64,000 nt of DNA from Euprymna scolopes. Taxonomy: Eukaryota. The stretch lies in the NCBI GenBank assembly GCA_053919585.1, contig CM132787.1; one strand, given 5' to 3'. This document shows, piece by piece, positions 24,519-36,623 of the stretch. Within the stretch, counting starts at the first letter, position 1; each line of letters opens with the position of its first letter. Below the pieces are notes generated by a model that saw only the letters and a list, made by a program, of their open reading frames with translations, had not been told where the DNA came from and searched no databases. The translations under genes were made by a program, and so were the position numbers.

Positions 24519-25707
24519 TTAGGTTGAATAGAAAGTTCTTGCAGAATTTTTAATTTGGATTTTAAACGATATATTTTCACTAAAATACCATTAATTTATT
24601 TCCACTCAATTCAATCTTTTAAATTATAATCGTTTTATAACAATTATTCTTCTTTTCAAAACGTGAAAAAAAGCAAATTCGCACAATTTTCTTTTTTCAA
24701 TTCAAGCTAGGCCGAAAAGCTGCTGAAACAGCTTGCGGTATCAACAAAACGTTTGATCCAGGAACACTACTGAATGCACAGCACAATGGTGGTTTAAGAA
24801 ATTTTGTGGCGGCGATGAGAGGCTTGAAGATGGTGAGCATAATGGTCAGCAATCAGATGTTGACAACGATCAATTAAGAACTTTAGTCAAAGCCGATCCA
24901 TGCACAACTGTTTGAGAACTTGCTTTTGAATTAGACGTAACGTATACAATGATTTCCAACCACTTGAGATAGATTGGAAAGACCAAACTATTTGATAAAT
25001 GGGTGCATCACGAATCGAACGACAACCAACAGAATTATAAAGTGTCATCTTCCTTTCTTTTATGAAACAAGAACGACCTGTTTCTTGACTGGGTTGTGAC
25101 TTGTAATGAAAAGTGGACTCTTTACAACAACTGGCGATGCTCAGCTCAGTGGTTAGATGCCAACAGAGCTCAACAACACTTCCTGAAGCCAGAGTTGCAC
25201 CAAAAGAAAGTCATGCTGACTGTTTGGTGGTTTGCGACTGGTCTCATCGATTAGTTTTTTAAATGCAGGCCAAACCATTACGGCGAAGATGAAAGATGAA
25301 ATGCATCAGAAACTTCTACAACAACACCCAGCATTAGTTAACAGAAAAAGCCCAATTCTCCTCCACGACAATGCCTGACCACACTTTACTAAACCGCTCC
25401 TGCATAAGTTGAACGAATTGGTCTATGAAACTCTGCCTTATCCGCCATACTCTCCAGACCTCTCACCTGCTACTTTTTTTCAAGCATCTTGACAACTTTC
25501 TGCAGAAATGCTTCAAGAACATAAGTGACATCAAAAACACCTTCAGCGACTTCATCGCCACTAGAATACAAGACTTTTACACTACTGGATTAAATGCACT
25601 TGTTTTGCACTAATTCTGATGGTGCTTATATAAAGTTTTGCTTGAGCCGAGATATGTTCATCTGAATTCAAAAGTTAAAAACTGCAAGAACTTTCTTGTC
25701 AACCTGA
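24519..25707 (+). mobile_element. Mariner transposon, cecropia/Hsmar1-like, decayed transposase
   Basis: TA|ttaggttgaatagaaagttcttgcag...ctgcaagaactttcttgtcaacctga|TA; KKQIRTIFFFQFKLGRKAAETA, QWWFKKFC, LLHDNA, PYSPDLSP. Confidence 0.93.
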
Positions 25708-25859
25708 TAGGAAAATAATCTGACTATTTCTAAAACACTAGACCTACTGTGTTTGATTTGTATTGTTTGGAATAAAGTTGTCAAATAAAATTCCATAGGT
25801 GACATAATTATTCATATTCTTTAGAATATATTGCTCTTATACATTGAAATCTACACCAA

Positions 25860-26070
25860 TAAGTAGAGATTATGTTAACTAGTATGAATTTTGACAAAGA
25901 TTATATAGCACATGTCAGGCAAATCTGGCGGCAAATGGAAATAGACCCAGCTGCAGGTGGTGTGATTGAAGTGAAGAGTTAGAAGCTATCTCCCTAGACA
26001 AACTACACTAAAAATGCAGGTGTCAAATGATATGACAAAGAAATGATGTCACATACTCAAGGGACAGTTT
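25860..26070. repeat. Copy of an unclassified dispersed repeat, inverted relative to 126-150, 1790-1930 and 2468-2490
   Basis: Reverse complement contains tgacacctgc...gtctagggag and ctagttaacataatctctac. Confidence 0.65.
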
Positions 26071-27284
26071 TTAGTCAATTAAAGTCAACATGCAAGAGAT
26101 GTGATATGAGTCTAACAATGTAGAGAGAATCTAAGTAGATGTTGCCTCAAGACTCTGTCCCTATGTCACCATCTTAAGACTATAAAGCAAAAAGAAAAAC
26201 AACTTAAGAAATAATTAGAATTAAATATTGGTCTCTCCTCTCAGGAACAATCTCGAAATAAAACCTTTGAAATTGCAACAAGACTCTATTGTGTTTCCAT
26301 GTATGAGTAGATTCGTACTGAGTTAAACAACCATGAGAGTATCGCAGCACACACATGGAGAAGCGACAATTGGAGAATGAGGACCAGTGACCGTGCATGT
26401 ATGTATAAAAGAACTTTTATTATTTGATTTATCTGGTTAATTGATTACGGACATGAGCAAAAGTGTGTGCTTACATAAAAGAAACGATGTGCAAAGTGTT
26501 TGTTTAATATATCAAAAGCTTCAACATTGATATCAGGAAGAAAATTCACAAGTAAAATGGGAATATTACTCATAGAATAGAATTCTACTGAGAGAAAAGG
26601 AAGCATTACTCTCAGACAACACTACTTCAAGAAAATTTGAAAACATTACTTTTTGGCATTTGTATTGCTTTCTGTTCTCAATGCAATCACTTTATCATGA
26701 CTGTCACGTGATATTTCAAAAATATATATAGTCATATATTGACTGCCATTAGTTTATTATAAGTTAACGGAAGTCAATATACGTGAAAAAAAAGATGAAG
26801 AAAAAGGGGAGAATAAAATGTATATATCAGGGGATAGAGAGGAAAAAAGAAAGAAGAAAGAAAAAGGAAAGAAGAAAGAAAAAAGAAAGAAGAAAAAAGT
26901 AATTGCCAGCAAGTGCACAACTTTTTACCTTGTCTCATATCCTTTGCTGCCAACCACACAAACCCTCTGGCCTCTTAATCTTTTAATAACATCTAATTCA
27001 GTAATATGCAAATTAATGCATATCAAACTACACGGCCCTCATGATCCTTAAAGTTTATCACACATAAACCCATGCCCAGATCGGCAATCTCATCCCTAGG
27101 GTTTCTAGGTACAACTAGCCTTGATTGTCCCGCCAGGCATAGCTAGCCCTCACTGCATGACTAGACACATAGGAAAAACAGAGAGGAAAAGGAGAGGAAA
27201 GAAAAAAAGAGAGAAAGAGAAACGGAAATGAAAATAGATGAGAACCACTCAACTTAATGCCCTGGACATGACCCAGACTTTTAT

Positions 27285-27492
27285 GTTTTTACATAAATTT
27301 TTATTCGTTTTGGAAATTACAACATTTTTTACATAAATAATTTGTTTTGAAAATTACAATATTTTTTACATAAATCATTTGTTTTGGAAATGACAATATT
27401 TTTTACATAAATTATTTGTTTTGAAAATTACAATATTTTTTTTGCATAAATCATTTACTTTGAAAATTACAATATTTTTTACATAAATCATT
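27285..27492. repeat. 37-bp minisatellite, ~5.5 copies
   Basis: Unit acataaatcatttgttttggaaattacaatatttttt, starting at about 27291, 27331, 27368, 27405, 27444 and 27481. Confidence 0.9.
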
Positions 27493-28390
27493 TCGCAGCC
27501 TAGTCCTCTCTCTGAACATACACACATAGAAAACTCGTATTTATAGATTCCTACAGAAATGAGTTGGCATAAGGGAATTAACTCCTTGATTAAAATAAAT
27601 CGGTTGCTTTCGTTTAGTTATTGCAAAATCTGGCTGAACCCCCCCTCCTCTTAACAAAATCTGTGCCAGCCAGTCAAACAATGTATTTTTACAAAAATTA
27701 TTGACAATTATGTTTTGATATTTTGTGTTTAAAAATGGCGAACCCATAATTTAAGTCAACGAAGATAGGTCAGTTTGTCATACTGAATCGATTGCACAAC
27801 TCTTCCACATTAAAACATACAATAAAAGTTGATTCTTTGATAAATTCTAATTGTACTTTTAATTATTTTCGACTTTATCATTCTTTGTAATTTATACTAA
27901 TCTTGGCACAACATTTACATGACAATGTTTTCACCTGAAATGCGTTGGTTTAAATCATTACTAATCTGCACAAGCACCACTATGCATTCTTTATTTGAAC
28001 ATTCAACAACGTAAATCTTTTAACTATTGGTATTCATTTTTTCCCCACGAAAGTAAAATGTGACACAAAGTCGTTTTTAACATGGGAGATAACCAGCTCC
28101 CCAAAAGGGGGCATTCCAGAAGTAGGCAAAAATTAAAGTTGCCTCAGTATAGAAAGGCATCCCCTCCATTGATTAAGGACAAATTAGTTTAAGTGTAGCA
28201 TCAGAACAGATACTACACCGTGATCTTTGCCTGAAGGACAGATCAAAACTTAGAAACTATCTGCGAGATTTTTTAGCAAAATCCAAAGTCGGTGACGGTG
28301 AGCTTTAAAAGATATTAGTTCTTGCAGAGTTATCTCCCATGCTCGATTTAAAAATTTTCAACCAAGAATCTAATAACAGTATTTTGATCC

Positions 28391-28533
28391 NNNNNNNNNN
28401 NNNNNNNNNNNNNNNNNNNNNNNNNNNNNNNNNNNNNNNNNNNNNNNNNNNNNNNNNNNNNNNNNNNNNNNNNNNNNNNNNNNNNNNNNNNNNNNNNNNN
28501 NNNNNNNNNNNNNNNNNNNNNNNNNNNNNNNNN
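28391..28533. other. Assembly gap (N run)
   Basis: 143 N. Confidence 1.
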
Positions 28534-29502
28534 NCTTTCTCTCTAATAATATAGGAACAAAAATTCCATAAGCTGACATGCAAAAAAAAATTACAAAATG
28601 CTCTTCCTTAACCCTATCGCTAACTCTAAATCTTAGTGGCAATATACCCCACCTCATATTAGAACATGCATTCCCTTAATCTTATCACTAACTCTAAGTC
28701 AGGATTGCAGTAGACAAAACTACAAATTCCCTTAAACACACACACACACACACACAATTGATTTTAAAGGAATTAATGGCCAAGATTTAACTGAAAACAA
28801 AAATTTTGTTATATATCCTTAAAAAACATTAATTGATCATTTTAACTTTACAAAACTGATTCCCTACTCTAAAATCTAAAATATATATTTTTTTGTTTTA
28901 TTTAGATTTACCCTCAAGTTTTTCTGCCTATTTAGATATAATCACCTAAAAAAAATAGAATCTGTTTTCTTTTTGGTTTTCAACTAATCATGAGCTATTT
29001 ATTAACTATACGCCCGGTGTTGCCAAGAACTTTTTTTTATTTCATTATGATTTTGCTTTTTAAATCATTTTTTTCTTTTCTGTTTTTTTTTTTGTATCTT
29101 TTTTTATCAAATTAAGTTTTATTCCTTTTTTGAATAGTTTTTTTAAATTAAATTAACTAATTACATATTATATAGTTATTAATTGAAGTAAATTGCTATA
29201 TCTAAAATTGGAGTGCTTATTTAGAATTACAGTTATTTTTTTTTTTAATTTCGAGTTTTCTAAGTTGCCATAAAAACATTTTTCATTAAAACGTTTTTTC
29301 ATGTGTAAAAACACATTTTTTTTTTCTTTTTTACGCTTTTATCTTTCAAAGAAAATCAAAAACTAATCAAAAACTTATAAAGCATTATGATAAACTGGTC
29401 TTTATAACCATGGGCCCTATCATCTTTCACCATTTTTTTTTTTTTTTGCACATATTAAATAAATAGTAGTAATATAATAAATAGAAATAAAATAAGGTAA
29501 AT

Positions 29503-30133
29503 TTTTGCTTTCTGTCCACCTTAACAACCACCTTTAAAATGACGACTTTGATAGGTTTTCAAGTATGCTGAAAACGAATATCACATTTACATTTTGTGCA
29601 AACAAGCACATGGTGTTCAAAAAGTCATTGAAGATTCTTTATTTTTGATATCTTTCTGTGATTTTAACACAATCTAAGACATCGGGAATTTTAAAAAAAA
29701 AGATGCAAAATTCAAACAATCTTTATTTATGAAAAACTGTTCACGAATCCATTCAAATGAAAATGGGCTTCATCTGACATAATCAACTTTTGAAGAAAAT
29801 TGAGGTCATTTCGGACAAGTTCTTACATTTGAACTGCGTATTGAACCTTTGTTTGGAAATCTTCAGTGTTGAACAAGCTGCACTTTACACGGAAAGAATT
29901 TTGAATTGTGCAGAATATTGTGTAGTGAGCTTCGACATATCCCAAGTTGTCAAATCAATGTTTCAGGATGCTGCGCCATGCTCTCTCGCACTTTCCCTAT
30001 TTTCATTTGTGATGACGTTTCAAGATCTGCCAGCTTGCAGAAGATCAAGTACAGCTCTTTTTCAGCATACCCAAAACCCTTTAAAAGTCATCAATTTAAA
30101 GGCGAGTGTTAAGGTGGAAAGAAAGTAAAAAAA
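29503..30133 (-). mobile_element. Internally deleted Tc1/mariner-superfamily element with ~70-bp imperfect TIRs
   Basis: ctttctgtccaccttaaca...gtatgctgaaaa versus ttttcagcatac...tgttaaggtggaaagaaag; minus-strand remnants KVRESMAQHP...LGICRSSLHNIL...PCKVQLVQ and FLQKLIMSDEAHFHLNGFVN. Confidence 0.8.
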
Positions 30134-30224
30134 TATATATATATACCTAAAATAATAAAATAATAATAAATAATATCGTTTTTGAAAGAATGAGTGCCTA
30201 AAACAACTTTAAAGTCTCGGATAC

Positions 30225-31840
30225 AACATCAATAAGCGCATGCTATCATAAAAAACCTTAACACTTCAAAAACATGTGGACCCGATCTCATCCCAGCTGT
30301 GCTATTAAAAAAGTGCTCAGCCGAAGTAGCTCCAGTTCTTTCCAAACTCTACAACAAATGCCTTAATGAATCTTGCTTTCCGGGCTGTTGGAAAACTGCT
30401 TTTGTGGTACCAGTTTCAAGAATTCTGGCGAAAGAACTGACCCATTAAATTATCGCCCTATTAGCCTCCTCCCACTTTTTGCCAAAATATTTGAGACCTT
30501 AATTAACCATGCTCTAGTCCATCACTTTACAGATGCTAAACTTCTGACTGGCAAACAATATGGATTTAGACAAGCCCGTTCCACAACAGACATCCTAACT
30601 GTAATCTCTGGACGTATATACCATTCACTGGACAAAGCGGGGGAGGGCAGAGCAGTAGCTCTAGATATATCTTAGGCATTTGACAGGGTATGGCATGAGG
30701 GTCTCCTCAGGAAAATTAGATCATATGGTATCACTGGTAGAATACTTAACATAATTAAATCCTTCTTAGATAAGAGAAAAATCCAGGTTGTCCTCGACGT
30801 TCATGCATCTAAACAATATGATATAAATGCGGGAGTGCCCCAGGGATCTATCCTTGGACCTCTACTTTTCCTGATATTCATAAATGATCTCCCCGACAAA
30901 ATTTCCTCTGAGATGGGTACATATGCTGATGACACCACACTCTATAACAGGCATGACAGGAAAACAAATGAACACATATCTAAAGAAATGGCAGAAACAC
31001 TAGAGGATGACCTCCAATCTGTAATGGAATGAGGACAAAAATGGATGGTCACTTTCAATGCTGCCAAGACTAAACTAGTTTCATTCAATAATTACAAGAA
31101 ACCTTCTCTACCACCTATAGCAATGGCCAACGACTCTTTATCTGAGAGTACATCTTTCAAACTCCTTGGCCTAACGTTCACAGGAAACATGAGTTGGAAC
31201 AATTACATTGAAGGCATTGCCAGGGCCGCTGCAAGGAAGGTAGGCTCTCTATACCGTGCTAGAAAACTACTAACACCTGAAAGTATCCAGTACCTCTATA
31301 AGGCATTCATTCGCCCATGTATGGAGTATTGCTGTCACATTTGGGCTGGTGCATCTGCTACTAGTCTCTTGCTCCTTGACAAGGTTCAAAAGAGAATCGC
31401 AAATCTGATAGGCTCTGAACTGGCATCTAAGCTTCAGCCTCTGTCCCATCGACGAAACGTTGCATTCCTCTGCCTGGTGAATGCTCTGACGAACTGCAAG
31501 CACTTGTGCCCCCACGACGTGAACACCCTCGATAAACCCGACAGGCTGCAAAATCCCACCCCCACACTGTAGAGATCCCTAGATGTAAAAGATCTTTCTA
31601 CTCCAGTAGTTTTTTCCCCAGAACCGCTAGACTTTGGAATTCCATTCCAGGTCCCTGCTTCCCCAAATGTACTGACATGCAGAAGTTCAAGTGCAACGTG
31701 AACTGACATCTTGCTGCCCAAATCCCTACATAGTACCCCAGTAGATGTTTCCCCTGATAGTAGCCCCCTACACCAAAGTGGCAATGTGCCTTGTTTGGGG
31801 TGAAAATGTAATAAAAAAAAAATAAATAAAAATAAAAAAA
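30225..31840 (+). mobile_element. CR1/L2-like LINE, family 2; decayed RT to poly-A
   Basis: NYRPISLL, QYGFR, LDIS*AFDRVWH, GVPQGSILGP, YADD, MEYCCHIW; A-rich tail. Confidence 0.92.
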
Positions 31841-32403
31841 GAGAAGAGACAATGCAAAATGGAGATTAATCGAAACAAAACGGATCCAATGACGCCTACA
31901 GTTATATATTGAAACAATTCCCAATTACTCGTGTAGAATAACAAAAAACGATTATTTCAATATTATTTAAACATGAAAAAGATAACAAAAAATAATAATT
32001 TGGTTTCACAAAACAATTGATAAAAGTTGAAAATATTTCTAGGAAAAAATTCAATATTAGTTTACAGAGGAAAACGCTCATTTAAACAAAAAAATAATTG
32101 TAATACACCTTAGTGATATGAAAATATATACCATAAAAAAATGTCTTCTTTATTCGGTCATTCAACAATTTTCGAGACATTTTAAATGTAAGGGACAAAA
32201 CTTGGAAAATTATCTGCAAGATGTTTTTTTAGCAAAATGCAAAGTCGTTTACCTTTTTAGTTCTTGCAGAGTTATCTCCCATGCACCATTTAAAAAATTT
32301 TAAATAAGAATTTGCTATCATATTTTACTACGCCCACCCTCATACAGCTATTACTAAATAATAAGAATAATAAGTAACATTGTTTTTATTATGCGTCTCT
32401 TCA

Positions 32404-32460
32404 CACTACTACTACTACTACTACTACTACTAATTAGTAGCTTCAGTACTACTACTAATA
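32404..32460. repeat. (CTA)n microsatellite
   Basis: Direct reading. Confidence 0.85.
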
Positions 32461-32682
32461 ATAATTCTTAAACGACAAGAAATCTTAGAAACTGTGCCCC
32501 CCCCTCTCCAAAAGAAAGGTGTCAACCTTGTTTGATACCACACAAAATAATCCTGGAAGGTCGAAGCGGATAGATAGATCAAGCAGGGAGAGTACTAACC
32601 AGACCTCTACTGGAAGAATGCAGAGAGTACCTGAACCTTGACAAAATATTCAAAATAACTAAATATGAAGTTATTCCTTCTT

Positions 32683-32816
32683 NNNNNNNNNNNNNNNNNN
32701 NNNNNNNNNNNNNNNNNNNNNNNNNNNNNNNNNNNNNNNNNNNNNNNNNNNNNNNNNNNNNNNNNNNNNNNNNNNNNNNNNNNNNNNNNNNNNNNNNNNN
32801 NNNNNNNNNNNNNNNN
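32683..32816. other. Assembly gap (N run)
   Basis: 134 N. Confidence 1.
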
Positions 32817-32889
32817 AATCATTAGATCACTCAGGATGGATGTTACAGCATTTAAAAATAAATATTTAAATTTCAACGGTATGCTTTGA

Positions 32890-32960
32890 AGTTGGCCGTG
32901 GGATTTGTTCCTCGCTAATGGAGTCAAAGATAGCTTCGTGGCGGGGTTCGAATCTCCTGA
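32890..32960 (+). promoter_or_regulatory. tRNA-like Pol III head (B box clear, A box degenerate)
   Basis: GGTTCGAATCT at 32945-32955 within a T-arm-like hairpin gggg-ttcgaat-ctcc; A-box candidates tggccgtgg (32893) or tcgctaatgg (32912). Confidence 0.55.
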
Positions 32961-32979
32961 CTGGCAGTAATCGTGTCAC

Positions 32980-33025
32980 CCTGCACTGATGATTCCCGAA
33001 AGGATGAAACACTAGTGTCTGTAGG
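32980..33025 (+). ncRNA. Type I hammerhead ribozyme (this copy slightly degenerate)
   Basis: Stem I CCUGCA/UGUAGG; CUGAUGA 32986-32992; stem II (U)UCC-CGAAA-GGA(U); GAAA 33006-33009; palindromic stem III ACACUAGUGU; GUC cleavage triplet ending at 33019. Confidence 0.8.
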
Positions 33026-33323
33026 TATTTAAAAATTATTATAGCAATGATAATAATAATATGTGTGTGGGGGGGGGGGTATATTTCTATAAAATATAAA
33101 TATATATAAATATTAAATATAATCCCCTCGATACAGCTACACACTGGTTCATTTAAGGAACAGTACATCTTCATTTAAATCCTGTTATCTCAAGTAACAG
33201 TCATTAAATGGATACTCTACCAGATAAGATGAATTCTTGTTCTGGAATCCGGTAGAACAAGAGATCACAAATAAGATGCATTTGTTGTGAAACCAAAATT
33301 ATAAGACTACCATGAGTAGTACT

Positions 33324-33420
33324 TAGTGATGGGAGGATTCCAAAATTTTTCCTGATTCCGATACAATTACTGATTCCGTTCTAAATTTCCGATTCCAATA
33401 TGATTCCCGATTCCGATTCT
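33324..33420 (+). mobile_element. Probable hAT-type terminus with GATTCC subterminal repeats (other end not found)
   Basis: TAGTGATGGG start followed by about 6 gattcc/gattct motifs. Confidence 0.45.
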
Positions 33421-34062
33421 AATAACAAAAGCGCCCAAAAACATAACTATAGAATGAGTTCATTAAATGGTGTCGATTAAAGTCTATTTAAGAAATGTTT
33501 CGATATTTCAAGCTTTACTGGTCACAGAGGACAATGAGTTCAGGATATAAATATACCAAATTTATTATTTAAAAATCAACTAACAATTTGTTTATGTCAG
33601 TTTTTTTTCTTTCTCTTAAATAATTTTGTGAAACAAAATCTATAAATAACAGACATGTTAATTTTTTTATTCGTATCTCACTGATAATTTATATGCAAAA
33701 TATGAATTTATGAAACCTCTCCTCCAGAAAACTCGTCTCTGGAAAACTCGCCCATTTTTTGCTATGTAGCAAAACTGGTCCATTATTGGATAAATATCGA
33801 TTGAAAACACATTTTATGATCGTTCTTGAAGGAGATATTGTTTTTCAAAGAATACACATCCCATAATATTTTTACAAAAATATTTTTACTTGTTTGTTGT
33901 TTTAAAAAAATTAAATTGATTTTTCTAAGTGTTCGTTTTCTACCTAGCTTTGTAAGTTTTTAGTGGTTCAACTTATTTTAAAGAGTTTATTTAGTTAAAA
34001 AAAACAAGTAATGTTTAGTGCTACTTTAGAACAAAAAATGTCCAACATGAAAGAATCACGTC

Positions 34063-36603
34063 TTAATTAATGCTAAAGCCCAAGAAATCTAGTGACGTTA
34101 CATCAAAAATAGATTTGGATGTTGATATTTTAAAGTTGTTTTCTTGTAAAATTCTAAAAACTGTGTCTGTATCTTTTTGAGAATGTTCGGCGTCACTGAA
34201 AATTAAAATATAATCTATATATATATATATATAAATACAGTCTATATCGCTTAAAATTTTGTCCATATATCTTTGAAATGTCGCTGCTGAGTTTTTTAAT
34301 CCAAAAGGCATAAATTCGCAATAAAAAAATCCCATTGGATAAATAATTACTGTTTTCGGAATATCAGCTGGTGCATTTTGATTTGGTGGTATTTTAGAAA
34401 ACGGTTGCTTATTTGCGAGTTTCATGGTAAACGAATTTATATTGGGTACAGGGTATCTATCGCATTTGGTTATGCTAATTAATGCGTGGTAATCGCCACA
34501 GCAGCAGTATCCTTCACTTTGCTTAGGAACAAGACATGGTTCGGCCATTCGCTATTTGATGAGGTTATCATTTAGGAGCTTTTGGAATTCTGTTTCAGTT
34601 GCTTTTAGTCTTTCAGCAGAGAGCTGTCTGGACTTCACAAAGACTGGTGAATGGCTACTTATGTCTGTTCTGTAATAAAAGCCGCAATAATTTTTACTGG
34701 TATTCATTTGTGGGGAAATAATTTCTGGGTATTTATCCAGGCTGGTTTGAATAAATGGAAGTAGTTCCACTTTATTGATGGTCATTTAAACTGGAGGTCC
34801 TGTAGTCAATTTTAAATTCTTTCTGGTAGCTGTTAATGGATCGTAAATGATTTTATTCCTGCAGTCAATTGTTAAACCGAATTTGTTCAAGAAATCAAAT
34901 CCACGGAGGGGATTGGTGATATCAGCGATCACGAACGTCCAAGAGAAGGATCGGCGCTTCTACACTATTAGGATGAAATTTCGGAAATCGTAAAACTGAA
35001 TTTCACATGAAAACAATGGTATCTTTGTATTCCTCATATTTTTAAGATGATTATATCCAAAAAATTACGAAAATCGATAAGGTAGAAAATTATTTCTTAA
35101 AGAAAATAGAATTTGAAGAACACTATTGTACTTGCTAATGTAAAACACAGGAGAGTTAATAAGGGAGGTAATTTCCTCCCGATAATTCTTGGAAAACTCA
35201 GAAAAAGATTTTGGAATTTTCCAAATAGACCCGAGGAAATTGAATCAATGCGATATTTATTATTTTTGCTCAAATAAAATGCATATTTTGGATTTCCTGC
35301 ATGCCATGGACTTTTGGCAGATTCACTGTATATATGTTATGTTTATTTTGTTGTTGGTTTTGTGTTAGTCACATTAAACATTTAGAGTTACTTCTCTTGT
35401 TTACGGTTTCATTTCGCTTTATTTTAGAAAAACAAGATGGCCGCAATTTTTCACCTGCTAACACAATTAAAGTTGTGTTTTTTAATAATTCAATAATATT
35501 CAGGTAATTTCGACCACATAATTTGGAAGCTACTATTGTAACTTATTAGAGTTGACAAAAAAAAAAATCAGTTGAAACCATTGTTTTTTTATTTGAAAAC
35601 TCCATTTATCAACTACAAAATTTCGTCCTAATAGTGTAAAAGCACTGAAGGATCTTCTCAGACTTGGTATTTCAATTTCCAGACTTGCTTGTTCAGGGCA
35701 TTTTATTTTGTCTTCATAGGCCAGTAGAAAAGGACACTGGTGTTGGGTTTAGTGTGATACTGTTTATTATTGATGCTGGTACTGTTGAAATACTTGCACC
35801 GGAACCCACGATAAACTTTAATATAGTTGTTCATAATCGTAGTGGTGAACTCATAGGGATAGACATGGTTTGCATAAATTAGTTATCCAAGTAAAGGCCA
35901 TTTGCACCACAGTTTGTATATCCTTGCTGGGTCGGTGAAGTAGATATGTGCTCTACACACTTTAGTTTTCTGTTTTGGGAAATATGGTTTTATTCCCACC
36001 GGAAGACACGTGATGTCATTATTCTTATCCATTTTTATTTTTATTTATTTTTTTTTTTTGCAGCTTGCTGAGCAATAAACACTGTTTCGTTTATGCCATT
36101 CAGCAATGGCATAAGTTCATCTTTCTGTTTTCTTAGTTGTGTAGGAGTTGGCTCTTTTTGTAAGGCAATAACTGGGGAGATTGTTGCTGGCAGAACTTGA
36201 AGAAATTTGTGTAGCACAAGTTTTTCTCTGACATTTGTTTTGCTATCGACAGCATCTCTTGTAAATATGATGATGGCTGACCTGTTGTTGTTGTCGACAT
36301 TAATTTATCAAGCAATTCCGGTTTTGCCCATTTGTGTGCCTCGATTAGTGCACATATTACTTTCTCATAGCTTTTCAACTTTAGCACCGATATCAGTATT
36401 TTTGTAACTACCTCTGCAGGCAGAGATGATATTACTGTAAAGAATTTTGTAGGGGAGGCGGCTATATTGTGCAGATGGAATTGCACTTCCAGAATGAAAA
36501 ACCAGCCATTCACTGCCGTCTCCATGAATTCTGATGTTTTAATGTTTATTTGTTGGAGGCAAGCTTCTTCCATTTTTTTCTTTTTATTTTGTTGACAAGA
36601 CAA
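34063..36603 (-). pseudogene. Decayed Ty3/Gypsy gag-pro-RT, interrupted by a MITE; 5' end abuts the satellite
   Basis: Gag WFFILEVQF...TKFFTVISSLP; CRAHIYF...WCKWP; protease FIVGSGASIS; FSWTFVIADI; DRYPVPNI, MPFGLKNSAATFQRYMD, YIDY. Confidence 0.88.
34963..35636. mobile_element. 674-bp MITE-like TIR element flanked by TA
   Basis: TA|cactattaggatgaaattt...aaatttcgtcctaatagtg|TA; weaker inverted similarity extends ~60 bp. Confidence 0.8.
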
Positions 36604-36623
36604 CGTAAGGATTTGACTGTGGT

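Noticed and set aside
27285-27492. 37-bp minisatellite as ancestor of the 42-bp satellite
   Set aside because: Only tatgtaaa is shared (reverse strand), which is expected by chance in AT-rich DNA
28305-28657. ORFs spanning N runs (also 32607-32927)
   Set aside because: Artefacts of translating through assembly gaps
29003-29030. Minus-strand Helitron 3' end (ttggcaacaccgggcgtatagt)
   Set aside because: Hairpin imperfect, CTAG absent and no 5' end found
32890-32960. Functional tRNA gene
   Set aside because: Only the T-arm/B box is recognisable; no acceptor, D or anticodon stems
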